Positions 25,979-38,647 of a stretch of 64,000 nucleotides of DNA are shown in pieces (positions within the stretch are counted from its first letter, which is position 1; every line of letters begins with the position of its first letter). Source of the stretch: Basidiobolus meristosporus CBS 931.73 (Eukaryota > Fungi > Basidiobolomycota); NCBI GenBank assembly GCA_002104905.1, contig MCFE01000378.1, positions 20,295 to 84,294 of the forward strand, read 5' to 3'. The translations under genes were made by a program, and so were the position numbers. Under the pieces are notes generated by a model that saw nothing but the letters and a program-made list of their open reading frames with translations, ran no database searches and was not told the origin of the DNA.

Positions 25979-27229
25979 AATATACCCTATAGATCCTGGT
26001 GGGCTCTACTATTGGAGAGTCCCAAATCTCTCAATATGCGATTTATTGTTGGACTTTTGTTTTCATGGGTAATAAATATGCTATTATGTTGGTTATACAT
26101 CAAGTTTTGGATATATGCTCTTTAATTGGATATAGTAGGCCCACGTGTTTATCCAGTTCATGTTCATCAGGGACTAAACAAACCAACACATGGTGTATTT
26201 CATCGATGTAGTCTCATAATTGCAAATTAGCGCTATTGCACTCAAGCCACATCACTGTTACCAATGCACTGCACTTGGATATCTTTAAATCAGATACAGT
26301 AATCCCACCCAGACTCCCCCAGAGACCTCCAAACCTAGCCCCTATCACTATTTTTAGTAGTGTAGATACTGTATTTCTACCAGTTGCTTATCAAGTGATG
26401 ATTCATAAGTCCAATGCACTATATTTGTCTTCTGTAGCTATATGTTTGGTCTGGCCAGCCAAAATTCTGTCTAGTTCTAGCCTTGATGCTCTTGAAGTAT
26501 CAATGATGGAACCCAGGGAAGCTGCCTCTTAAGTACCATATTATTGTTTGGTTAACAATACTACCAATACAATGCAATTTGCATGGGTGACATTCAAGTC
26601 CACCTCCATGTTCTCAACGCGCACATGATTGTACTCCCTTTATTAGATATGAAAAGGGCTGGCGCTTATTCTACCCAGGGCACCAAGTAATACACTCACT
26701 GGGCCTAACTGTCTTCAGATCACTTGGTGCATATTCCTGTTTCATCATGATAGCACAAATATCTACATGTAGCATATTCACAGCTAGATACTCCCATGTA
26801 TTTACTGATTATCCTATAGCTCCAAACCATATCAGTTCCCTGAACCAGAGTCATGAACACCAGTCAAATATGCATGACCATAAGAATGAATATCAGGGCC
26901 TTCTGATTGCACCATCTCCAAAACCAAGATCTGCATAAAGTTGCGTAATTCTCATGAAGCACTATTCCCGCCTTCTTTGGACAACGCTGCCGCAGCCAAT
27001 TGTGTGAATCTGCCCTAAAATGGCCACATTGATACGAGTTCCCATAATCGATGACAAGCGCTTTATTTTTGGTAACATTCAACCTTTGCTCTCCCCCAAA
27101 CTGACATGCCATCGTTCCACCAAGATTCTTTGTATTCGTAGTACCGTCACTTGTATTGTACGTTGCCATAGCATCTATCATCATCTGTAGTACAGCTGGT
27201 TGAATACAAGTGGTCCATAACTAGATACC

Positions 27230-28342
27230 TCAGTTGCCTGTTTCAAGCCATGGGATCTCTTCTGCACTGTACTTGTAGGCACGGAACAATGCATTCGATT
27301 CGTGTTTGAATACTGATAGCTGTGGCACCTTGTACTTCGCAAAGTGGGGATTGACATACTCCCAGCACAGCTGACCATCCTTGGTGACCTCAAAGATACG
27401 ACCAAAGGCTGCTTCAGTGATAAGGGTATTGCCGTTTCCTAAACGCTGAGCACCACCCATGAAAGGTGTGAAGAACGCTTCCATTTGTGGATCCCTATAC
27501 TCCCAGACAATTTGCTTGGTTTCGCGATCCACCTCGATAATACGAGAAAAGTTGACGCTCTCTCCAGTCCGGAACGCTCCATTGTCAAAGATCAAGATGT
27601 TGCCGTTATCAAGCTCGTTGGCATTGTGTTGCTGAGCAACCACGTTAGAGTCTAGATGCCAGATGACTTTGCCGGTGCTTCTTTCAATGATGATGACCGC
27701 CGATACGCTGCGAAGACTGGCCAGGATGTTACCGTCCTTGAGGGGGTAGACGGTGTTGATCAGTGGCCAATGCTCCCGAGGATAGTGGGCCTGCAATGGG
27801 AAAGTCTCCTTTGGTAAATGTTCGAATGCTCTCCAAGACCAGATCTCATTGTTGTCAGCATCCACTTCCTTGATGATATCACTATAAACCTTCCCTCCTG
27901 GTGCTTCCGTACCAGGTACTCCGCCTAGTACCCTTTGGGCATCTTCATCGGATAGCTCCTCCAAGGTTGTATACAGTATATTGCCATTATCTTGGTGGTG
28001 GGCGTCATGATGGGCGTAAGGATCCTTGTGTTCACGAACGATGTTTCCTTGGGGATCGACCTGTAACATCGCTCCTCCGCGATACTTTTCCCAGAATAAG
28101 AACAGATGAGGCTCATCGGGTAACGCCCCGTTAACCGCCAGGTTTCCATTAGCTAGGATGCGGGCATGTCTACCGGGACGATAAGGAAGTTTCCATTGGT
28201 GTACCTGGTTGCCGTCGTTGTCGACGAGATAAACAGAATCTGGGGAAGTAAGAGGGGCAAAGAGGGTATATCCAGGAAAGACCTGCTCTTTGTCAACACC
28301 GATAAGGCCAACACCGCGACGACGAAGAGTATTTTGTTCCAT
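27230..28342 (-). CDS. Arylsulfotransferase (ASST)-like beta-propeller protein, intronless, no signal peptide
   Basis: 370 aa. Motifs TLRRRGVGL, HHDAH, INTVY, SLRSVS, QQHNA, FDNG, SRIIEVD, GGAQRLGNGNTLITE, FRAYKY are typical of the ASST/PQQ-like propeller family. Confidence 0.88.
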   Translation of the reverse strand: MEQNTLRRRGVGLIGVDKEQVFPGYTLFAPLTSPDSVYLVDNDGNQVHQWKLPYRPGRHARILANGNLAVNGALPDEPHLFLFWEKYRGGAMLQVDPQGNIVREHKDPYAHHDAHHQDNGNILYTTLEELSDEDAQRVLGGVPGTEAPGGKVYSDIIKEVDADNNEIWSWRAFEHLPKETFPLQAHYPREHWPLINTVYPLKDGNILASLRSVSAVIIIERSTGKVIWHLDSNVVAQQHNANELDNGNILIFDNGAFRTGESVNFSRIIEVDRETKQIVWEYRDPQMEAFFTPFMGGAQRLGNGNTLITEAAFGRIFEVTKDGQLCWEYVNPHFAKYKVPQLSVFKHESNALFRAYKYSAEEIPWLETGN

Positions 28343-28394
28343 AATGATTACTGGGAATTCGAGTGAGATGTAGAAAGGGGTAGCCAGACCGACG

Positions 28395-28485
28395 AATTTA
28401 TATTCGGAATCTGGTATTTGACATGCCTAAAATTGCGCAAGACAAGCGCAACCCTTGCGTGATGGAAATGGCACTTATCACGCAA
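28395..28485 (-). promoter_or_regulatory. Putative promoter of the ASST-like gene: TATA-like box plus clustered bZIP-like sites
   Basis: TATAAA on the minus strand ~55 bp upstream of the ATG. TTGCGCAA at 28433-28440, GCGCAA at 28446-28451, and inverted pair TTGCGTGAT (28455-28463) / ATCACGCAA (28477-28485). Confidence 0.4.
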
Positions 28486-29412
28486 TTAGCTCGAGCGTTG
28501 GTACAATCCGCGAATTAGATGAATGATAATCAGGGCAAGAGTAGTCGACCTCAACAAAACATCTAGGAGGGTGCTATATCAAGTACCCAAAATGATCGTG
28601 GTGCCTACCTTGATGTGTGTTCAACTGTTCAGATTTCCTTCCCTCTTGGGTCTTTTTGTCATGGTGACATCAGTCCCGATACTTCCATGCACACCTGTGA
28701 GATGTCAATAAGGTCAAGAAACCTATAATCTTTAGGAATACTACCAATGCCATTAAGCATACCACGGCCATTACAAGTGGGGCGATATTACGGTTGTGGT
28801 ATCAGCAAACTTTGTATAGCCCAGTTTCATGCTCATGGCTCGAGACCAAATGTTTCATGGCTTCAGGAATGCTGTAATATTACCAAATTCTAACAAGCTC
28901 TATCCAGACTTGATTCCATCAGCTCTGTGGGGATCCTAAACTATTCAGGCCCCACATCCACATTGCTTTTGCCAATCTAACTCATATTTCACTCCTATAA
29001 GACAAGTATCCATTTGAGTAACAAAGTCATTTCCTATGAACATAATGGTGTTTGTAGTCTTTAAAGGCCTAATGTTGAGCTTTGAGTATTGGTATGCGCA
29101 GCCTCAAGGGCATAGGAATCTGCTTTAGCTTGTTAATGCTGAAATATATTTTCCTCAGTGTTCTAAATAAGGAGGCAGTGTTGCCCTTTTGCCAGCTTGA
29201 TGGAGAAAATATGGGGCCTTTTAGAGAAGTCAGATATACTGATAACCTCCAGGCCTTCACTGATTTTAGAAGGTAGTCAATATCCTAGAAGCTCAATTTT
29301 AAGAAAACAACTCAATAGTTGAATATAAGCTAAATAGAGTTTATATTATATGAGTGGTTTAGGTGCAAGATATATACTAAAAACATGATTATTGAGCTAA
29401 AGTACTTGTATA

Positions 29413-29497
29413 TGTTGTAAGAGATTGCAAGACATTGGAAGTCATTGGAAGAACAAGTTGAGTATGTGGTTTTCACTTAATGATGTATTGGGTGTAA
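29413..29497 (-). repeat. 3' 85 bp of a copia-A LTR in reverse orientation, interrupted by the element at 29498
   Basis: TGTTGTAAGAG..TTCACTTAATGATGTATTG matches the reverse complement of the copia-A LTR end. Confidence 0.8.
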
Positions 29498-31004
29498 TGT
29501 TATAAATTTGTAATTCCACCTCAATATTCACCTGACTTGGTCACTTAGATTGTTACCTACAAAACTTAGAGAATACTGATCAAATTCATTGTTGGGATTT
29601 ACCTGAGACATTTTCACCAAAATATCAAGTACTCAGAGCATGAAAATTAGATAAGTTATCCAGACAGCCCCAATCTTTGCACACATATTCTTGGGACCTT
29701 CCTAAGCCTATCCTATAGGCTTGTAATGCCAAGACCATGAAAAAGTATCAATACTACTTCTACATTCAACAAATCATTAAGTGAAAATCACATAATCAAC
29801 TTGTCCTCCCAATCACTTCCCATATATCCAAGACTCTTGCAGCAGGTTATGAGCCCCAAGCTGTCACTTGCTGCAATATCTACTACTGCTATTACTAAAG
29901 TCTTTCCTTCTGCTGTAAAGGTGGATGGACTTAACCACCAAGTGTGGATAGTGAAGATGAAGATGCTGCTACAAGAAAGCAGCCTTTGGGATATTGTCAT
30001 GGGAGTAGAATTCCCTCCAAAAGTGTGCACCAGGAGGCCACCAAGTATCAGAAGGAAGAACAAAGTGCCTTTAACTGCATTTGCCCCAATGTCAAACACA
30101 TATTGCTAATTCAATGCTTGAGAGCAAAAATGGCAAAGAATGCCAGGAAGGCATTAGAAGACACTTACCAGTCATGTTCAGCTGCTAAGAAAATGTATCT
30201 GAGAAAAAATTCTTTATTACAATGATGATCCCAGGAGAAGAAATGAAAGATCTAATTGACTGAGTCACCCTGCTGATGGATGAGACTGAATCTGTGAGCA
30301 TACCAACTATTGATGAGGATGCAACAGTTACCATCCTGAATAGCCTGTCAGACAGGTTTTAGGGCCTTGTATCAGCCCTAGAGTCCAGAAATGAAGATCT
30401 GACCTTAAATTATGTACATGGAAGGCTCTTGCATGAAGAATTAAAAAAATCAAGTGCCAATAAGAAGGAAAAAGAAAATGCTTTAATAAGCAACAATAGC
30501 CTATAAATAAAGTACACAAGATCCTTCAAAGGTAATAGCAACCTGTTTTGCAACTACTGCTAAAGTAAAGGACACACATCTGACCAGTGCCTTAAAAAGA
30601 GAAAAAATCAGCAGAAAAAGCCTGAAAATGGAAATGCCACAACAGCAGAAGATACACTATATATATCTGCACTCAATATAACCACAAACAAGAGTTCTTA
30701 AACATGGTATACTGGCACTGGAGCATCTCAACATTTCACACACCAAAAAGAACTTTTTACCCAATATCAAGAAATTTCAATTAAGATGGTTTCATAGGTG
30801 TTAATAGAACACTTGATGCAGTTGGCAAAGGAAACATCCAAGTAAGCCTTAGAAGCAGTGAAGAAAGCCACACACTTACATTCAAAGAAGTACTCCAAGC
30901 ACAGGTAATAGCCAGGGATCTACTATCTATCAGTAAGTTCACAGCAGAAGTACTCTGTTTCAATTTTGACAATTCTTCATGTATGATCAAAGCTGACCAA
31001 AAGA
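29498..31004 (+). mobile_element. Ty1/copia family A, 5' fragment (LTR 29498-29844, PBS, degraded gag and start of protease), 3'-truncated
   Basis: LTR, then GGTTATGAGCCCC (29845-29857), then gag fragments (KVKMKMLLQE, KKMYLRK) and WYTGTGASQHF protease relic. Joins a Tnp2 relic at ~31005. Confidence 0.9.
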
Positions 31005-31820
31005 AATCTGGCATACTTTGGTAAAGTTGTTCTGACAGTAATTAGTTGCTTGTTGTGTCCAACTCAACCTTGCATAGCTTAACTGAACATCTATGAATTG
31101 CAGATACTTAGCTTCTTAATGCCAAAGGCATAAGTATTTCTATGTGCACATTTTGGCTCAGTATTTTCCAGCTCTTCATGGCTGTCCTCCATGTGCCAAC
31201 TCATCACTCTATGATGGACTTGATGGTTATATTCTTGATGAGATTGGTATATGGTAGTACTTGCAACTTGACTTGTCTTCCTACTTCCCACACATGCACT
31301 TCATAGGAAACTCCCATTAGGTAATGCAACACCCAATATACTCCACACACCAGGCAGGCTGGAGTAGTCTGTGTGTGCAGTAGCACCAGAGATCTACATG
31401 CTCAGCTGTATGCTTGCAGTACAGCCACTCAAATCCTGCTGCAAACTCCTTGCATAAAAACTGTAGATGCACCAAATTTTGGCATTGATGATCTGCTTCT
31501 GGATAAAAATTCCTTCAATGTCAGCATACAACTCCCAATCCTTCCAATGTACTCTGGGTAGAAATTGCTTCAGAAGGCAACTTGAACAAATAAATGTCCA
31601 ATCCTTCCATTGATATTGTTGCATATGCATGTGTATATTGTTTGGAGCTTGTGAAAATACATTGGGTAGTGGATGCTCTGTAATACCTTGCCAATTCCTT
31701 CAAGTTTTTCCCGTATCTCAAAGGGCTGACTTAACCTGAAATGCCCCATGCACAACTTGGTCAATAATAAAGAGATATTGTTGAAGTACAAGTACACCCT
31801 ATGAGAAATAATTTGGTCCC
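31005..31820 (-). mobile_element. Degraded Tnp2/CACTA-type (Transposase_21-like) transposase fragment
   Basis: Nucleotide and peptide similarity to 55620-56600 (QVLPY..IKNIT.KSI, LD.Y..K.PSEAIS). Confidence 0.7.
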
Positions 31821-32400
31821 ACAGGTGGATCCAATCCAGATCAGCTGTCAAAATCCTGCAATGAGGCCATCAAAACGCCAGTGGCTTGGAATCATTGATG
31901 CTCTTTACAATCTTATGATGGAATTGTTATAGAATTATGCTGACTCTACTGCTATATAGGTAGGTAAAGTTGATGGTGCTCAGGTGGTTGTGCAATGGGA
32001 CCTTGATAGCATTCTGATGGTCTTGTTGCAATCTACACTTACTTGAGCAGCAAGAAACTTGAGAGTATTTTGACAGCCTTAATGCAGACATCTGTTTGCA
32101 TTATAACAGCAGTATAGTGGCCTACATCTAGTACTGTATAATGCTACTGTATCAATTTACCAAGTGGCATTTCCTGTTGGTACCTCCCCTTGCACCATTC
32201 ACATATTTCATTGTAGAATCACCCCATTTTATTTGCTTACTCACAGCTACCATGTGTATTCTGTTGTACTATATTATGAGTAGTCTGGAGCATGTCCTGC
32301 AATGTAAAGGCTAATCAACAGTATACAACAACTTTCAGTATGCTAATATTGGGATAGATTATTGGGAGTTTGATATACTTGTAGAAGATATAGCTTTCAC
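31820..32400 (+). repeat. Unidentified repeated coding relic, second copy at ~54900-55620
   Basis: Both copies keep DQLSK.C..P..WN.W..QSYDG in the same plus frame, with differences concentrated at third codon positions; many stops. Confidence 0.5.
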
Positions 32401-35400
32401 AATTATCCTCAGTCAGAGGCTCAAAATATACCGGAGGCAGTCCTTACCACTTCTAGAGCAGAATTCTGAGCTTTGGTTTACTATTGGGCCTATATGGTTC
32501 TATGCTAACTTTTTCTTATTTGGAAGGCACTTTACTTTCTAAGAAGATGCTTCCTTGTTTAGAAATATTGAGCTCCCCTTAAACTAAAGGGTATGGTAAA
32601 GGGGTCTCCATATGGGTCTTTAGACCTAAAGGGGTTTCTTTGGAGTAGAGGGGCTACTTACAGTGGTCTCTACAGGAGTGTCTTTAAAGTGAAGGGGCAT
32701 ATTAGGGAGGACTTTTCAACAGATAAGTGGTAGTTTTCTTGCAGATCTTGGATAGGATTCTTGTGAGCTATCCAGTCTCTTTACTTGTATAGTACCAATC
32801 AAAGTCAGAATACTCAACAGTGCAAGTGACAAAAGAGAAATCTTGTAACCTTCAAACTTGTAAGTGTAGTGTGGAGATTCAGCAAAGAGAGGCCATCTTT
32901 TTTGGCTTTTAGCTGAGGAAGTCATATATATCGCAATTTGCAAGGATCAAGGTTTTTAGTCAATTGTTCAAGTTGTTGTAAGAGTCTTGGAGATATTGGA
33001 AGTGATTTAGAGAACAAGTAGATTATGTGGTTTTCACTTGATGATTTATTGAATGAAAAAGTAGTATTTATACTTTTACCTGGTCTTGGATTACAAACAC
33101 ATAGAATAGGTTAAGAAAGGTCCCAAGAGCATGTGTGCAAAGTTTGGGGCTGTTTAGACAACATTTTGAGAATTTTCATGTTCTGGGTACCTGGTATTTT
33201 GGTGAAAATATTCTAAGTCAATCCCAACAAGGAATTTGGTCAGTATTCTCTAGGATTTGAGGGTAATGATCTAAGTGACTAAGTTAGGTGAGTATTTAGG
33301 TGGAAATACAAATTTTTACAACACTCCCACTCAGCTAAATGTTCATACTGACTAGTCCTAATTTTGACCTAAGATATTGAAACTTGTCTCTAGCTAATGG
33401 TTTGGTAAATATGTCTGCAATCATTTCATATGAAGGACAGTAAACTAGGCTAACTAAGTTATTCTCTATAGCTTCACATATGAAATAAAGTCTAATATCT
33501 ATGTGCTTGGTTCTAGCATGAAAAGTTGGATTTCTACCTAATTGTATACATCCTTGAATATCTTGAAATAAAGTAATAGGCGTTTTTTGACATAGACCTA
33601 AATCTGTAAAAAGCTTTCTTAACCACATTGCTTCTTTTGTAGCTTCCCAGGCTGCCAAATACTCTGCTTCTGTGGTGGAAAGTGCTACAGTTGGTTGCTT
33701 TCTTGAGTTCCATGAAATTGCTCCTTTACAGTAAAGAAAGGTACATCCTGTGGTGGATCTTCTGTCTTCTAAATTTTGTTCCCAATCAGCATCAGAGTAT
33801 CCCACAAAATCCTTCTCTGGATCCTTGTAAGTGTATCTTAAGCAGATATCAGCAGTTCCTTTTAGGTATCTAAAAATCTGCTTAACTGCTGCAATATGAT
33901 CAGATCCATAGTCCTGATTATGTTGGCTGACAACTGCCACTGAATATGAGATATCGGGACGTGTTCCAAGCATGATATACAGCAGACTGCTGACCATTGA
34001 TTGATAAGGAAAGTCAGGGCTTTCAGATGGCACCAAGCTCTCTTGATTTGGTTGAGTTTTGACCAAGTTAAGGTTTGTCTCCATTGGGGTAGCTGTTGGT
34101 TTAGAGTCTTCCATTTGGTACTTCTTCAGTATATCTTGAATATACTTTGATTGGCTTAGGGTGATAGTCTGGGTACTTCTGTCTCTGGAGAACTTAATCC
34201 CCAAGTAGTAACTAAGTTCTCCTAGATTGGACATCTTGAGCTCCCTAGATAGGCTGGATTTAGTCTCTTCCAATGTTTCTAGGTTATTGGTGGCTATAAT
34301 AAGATCATCCACATATAGAGCTAATAGAGCTGGGTTTGCTCTATCTGGCTTATAGTATATACTGTAGTCAGCATTACTTCATTTGAAACTCAAAGATTCC
34401 AAATAAGAATCTATCTTGCAATGCCAGGCTCTTGGTGATTGTTTGAGACCATATAGTGACTTTTTAAGCTTGCAGACCAAATGGGGGTTATCTTGGTGCG
34501 CAAACCCATCAGGCTGGTCCATATATATGTCCTCATCAAGTTCTCCATTCAAAAAGGCAGTTTTTACATCCATTTGATGAATAAAAACTTATATTTGGCT
34601 GCAATAGCAAATATTAATCTGATGGAATTAAGCTTGGCTACCAGTGCAAAGGTCTCAGTATAGTCAAGTCCTTTTGTTTGAGAGTATCCTTTGGCTACAA
34701 GTCTTGCTTTGTATCTTTCAATTGCACCAATAGCCTTGTATTTTGTCTTGAAGACCCATCTGCATCCAATTGATTTTTGGTCAATTGGTAATTTGACTAA
34801 GTCCCAAGTTTGATTTTCCATCAGGGCCTGATATTCCTCAGTCATTGCAGATCTCTAAAACTTTGTCTGAGGGCTATTTAGGGCCACTTTTACAGTCTGG
34901 GGTTCATCAATATGGACTGAATAGGCATAGGCCAAGTTTGTACCCTCATTGATATAGTAATTTGGGCTATTTCTTGTCTGATTGGAGCTCTGGGCATTTG
35001 ATACCGGAATGATCACTTCTGGGATATTCCTGGGCATTGATTCTGGCTGAACCATGGTTGTAGAGTCCTCTGGAGTGAAAAAATTTTCATTGTTTTGCTC
35101 TGATTCAATCCTAACAATTGGTGAACTTGAGATCAAATTCTTGTCATCATCTGAAATCAATTTTTTGTGAAAGTTTTGCATTTTCATCAATCAACATATC
35201 CCTGGACTTGATAAGCTTCTTTGCTTTGGTATTGTAGAGTCTGTACACCTTACTCTCATTGCAGTAGCCCAAAAATATGCATTTTACACTTCTTGACTCA
35301 AATTTTGACTGATTTCCTGCCAGTTTTTTGGCATATGCTGTACACCCAAATATTCTTTGATGTTCTGCACTTGGTCTGTATCCATACATGCTTCAAATGG

Positions 35401-36851
35401 AGTAGAAGTACGAAGTACTCTGTTATAACTCCTATTTTTAAGGTATACAGCAGTGGCACTGATTCCGCCCAAAAATAATAGGATAATTTTTGATCATGGA
35501 TCATAGTTCTTGCCATATCAATTATTGATCTGTTAGCATGTTCTGCTACTCCATTTTGCTGTGAGGAGTATGGAACAGTAGTCTCTTGCTTTATCCCATG
35601 AATTTTGCAGAAGTGGATGAAGAGTTTTGAGGTATATACTCCACCATTGTCAGAGCGTATTTTCTTGATTTTTTCACCAGTTTCTCTCTCCACCATGTCT
35701 TTAAACTCCCTGAGCTTAGACAGAGCTTCTTCCTTTCTTTCCATGAAGTAGACTCATGTGTATCTTGTATAATCATCAATAAAAGTGATTAAATACTTCA
35801 TCCCACCTAAGGATAAATTTTGCATAGGTCCACACAGATCTGAGTGAATTAGATCTAATTTTTTCTTAGTTCTGATTAACCCAGAGCTCTTGAACAGTTG
35901 TCTGGCTTGTTTCCCATATATACAGGCTTCACAGTGCTCCAAATTAGCTAGGGGATCAATTTTCACTCCAGAAATTAGCTGATCTTTGATCATTTTACAC
36001 AAATAATCAAAATTGATGTGTCCAAATCTCCTGTGCCAAAGCATTGATGTTTCTTCATTCAAGTTACTTATATTGGCTTCCAAATATGATGGAATATAAG
36101 TCAACTTGTATAGACTCTGATCTCTGATGCCCAAAGCAATATGGGCACCATTTTGATCAGTAATCCTGTATCAGAATTGTCAAAACTGAAACTGAGTCCT
36201 TCTGCTGTGGCCTTGCTTACAGAGAGTAGGTTCTTGGCTATTTCTGGTACATAGAGTACTTCTTTAAAGGTCAGTGTATGGCTTCCTTCACTGCTTCTAA
36301 GGTTTACTTGGATAGTTCCTTCTCCCACCGCATCAAGTGTTCTATAGTCACCCCTGAAAACCTTCATAATTGGAATTTCTTGATATTGGGTAAGAAGTTC
36401 TTTTTGGTGTGTAAAGTGTTGAGAAACTCCAGAGTCAATATACCACATCTGAGAATCCTTGTTTGTGGTCATATTTAGTGCAGATATGAATAGTCTGTCT
36501 TCAGATGTTGCAGCATTTCCATATTCAGGCTTCTTTTGCTGATTATCTTTCTTTTTGAGACACCAGTCTGGTGTGTGTCCTTTCCTGTTGCAGTAGCTGC
36601 AAAATAGGCTGCTGTTGCTATTGTAGGGTCTTGGGTACCTCCTTTGTTGGTTATTATTGCTTATTAAAGCATTTTCTTCTTCTGTTTATTGACGCTTGAT
36701 TTTCTTAATTCTTCATCCAGGAGCCTTCCATATATGTAATTAAAGGTCAAATCTTCAGTTCTGGACTCTAGGGCTGATACAAGGCCCTGAAACATGTCTG
36801 TCAGACTATTCAGGATGGTAACTATCACATCCTCATCAGTAGTTGGTATGC

Positions 36852-38647
36852 TGTAGTGGGGTGACAGTGACACCCACTGACAGATGTGCTCATTCCCTTA
36901 TTTTCCACTTCCCTATGTCTCTACTACACTTATTTTAGTTTTATCCCATTTGTCTTACCCAATCAGTACTATCCCATAAGCCGGTTGACTATCACACCTG
37001 CTTACCTTATTGCATAAGTTACCCCTCACTTTATGTGAGATTACTAGCTACAAGTACTTCTATATTAGGCAAGTACTTGCGCCGGTACCCGTGACACATG
37101 ATCAACCCATGTCACCATCCCTACCATTTCCATACTATATATGGTATCCCCATGTTACACAGGTTCCAGAATACTGATTCCTGATTGGTTGGATGTGCTG
37201 TGCCTCTTAGAACCTTCTGGCATGTACTTAGAACATTCTTAGGTCATTCTGATGTCATTAAGATTTCTATTGATCTCCGGAACCTTCTGGAACACCATGA
37301 TTAGTAATCACTTAGCCAGTGAGAAAAGTATATAAGGGAGGCTATCCCTCAACAATAAATCATCATCCCTTTTATCAATATACCAACTTGTTGATTAGTG
37401 TGATCACTGCTACCTGCTGCTACCTGAACTTCCAACCCTAGACCACAGGACACTCCCAGGAAACCACGCTGACAGCCAACTGACCTTGGAGGCACTACTT
37501 GCAAGGAATACTCAGAGTAGGTATCTTTTATTATATTTGATTCTTTCCCAAGTTTGTTCTTGTACAGGCAAAGATACTTTTCTGTCTTTGTAACTATTGA
37601 CCACAGCTGCATTCTTATCAAGTCCCTGCTGGTGGAGTTTACAGCTGTTTTGACTTTGGAAGCTTTAGTACATTGTCATCTCAAAGGATGCTGAACCCAG
37701 CACATACTTTTGTTAAGATGCTGTGATGGTGTATAGGTCTAAGGGAGAGATATGTCCAACACTTCTCAAGTGTTTTGTGTGTGGGGTGTTCACTGGGTGC
37801 AATAACCTCTGGCAAAAGCTTGCTAGGAATACTTGGGTTCTGTTTCTAATCTAATGTGAAGGGGAATAAAGCCACAAGCTTGTCAAGGGAAAACTATTAA
37901 GCTACAATCCCCAACTTAGTTGGCAACTTAGATGATTTATTGTTGAGGGATAGCCTCCCTTATATACTTTTCTCACTGGCTAAGTGATTACTAATCATGG
38001 TGTTCCAGAAGGTTCCAGAGATCAATAGAAATCTTAATGACATCAGAATGACCTAAGAATGTTCTAAGTACATGCCAGAAGGTTCTAAGAGGCACAGCAC
38101 ATCCAACCAATCAGGAATCAGTATTCTGGAACCTGTGTAACATGGGGATACCATATATAGTATGGAAATGGTAGGGATGGTGACACGGGTTGATCATGTG
38201 TCACGGGTACCGGCGCAAGTACTTGCCTAATATAGAAGTACTTGTAGCTAGTAATCTTACATAAAGTGAGGGGTAACTTATGCAATAAGGTAAGCAGGTG
38301 TGATAGTCAACCGGCTTATGGGATAGTACTGATTGGGTAAGACAAATGGGATAAAACTAAAATAAGTGTAGTAGAGATATAGGGAAGTAGAAATAAGGGA
38401 ATGAGCACATCTGTCAGTGGGTGTCACTGTCACCCCACTACAACGCCAACTAAGTTGGGGATTGTAGCTCAATAGTTTTCCCTTGACAAGCTTGTGGCTT
38501 TATTCCCCTTCACATTAGATTAGACACAGAACCCAAGTATTCCTAGCAAGCTTTTGCCAGAGGTTATTGTACCCAGTGAACACCCAACACACAAAACACT
38601 TGAGAAGTGTTGGACGTATCTCTCCCTTGGACCTATACACCACCACA
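36852..38647 (+). mobile_element. Solo LTR of gypsy family B (outer copy), itself split by a second copy
   Basis: TGTAGTGGGG..CACCACCACA, same family as LTR 44429-45507. Flanked by ATGC (36848-36851) and ACGC (38648-38651). Removing it restores copia gag ESVG(V)PTTDEDV. Confidence 0.92.
37722..38442 (-). mobile_element. Solo LTR of gypsy family B (inner copy, inverted, ~360-bp internal deletion)
   Basis: Starts TGTGATGGTG and ends CCCCACTACA (reverse-complement LTR ends). Flanked by ATGC (37718-37721) and ACGC (38443-38446). The empty site is visible in the LTR at ~45298-45310. Confidence 0.92.

Noticed and set aside
26864-27184. 106-aa ORF downstream of the ASST-like gene, considered as an operon-like partner
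   Set aside because: No recognisable motif, an alternative frame looks equally plausible, and it partly runs into CpG-poor sequence.
24627-28342. LRRC58-like and ASST-like genes as a sulfur-metabolism gene cluster
   Set aside because: Only adjacency supports it; there is no shared promoter motif and two genes are too few. Would need synteny or co-expression.
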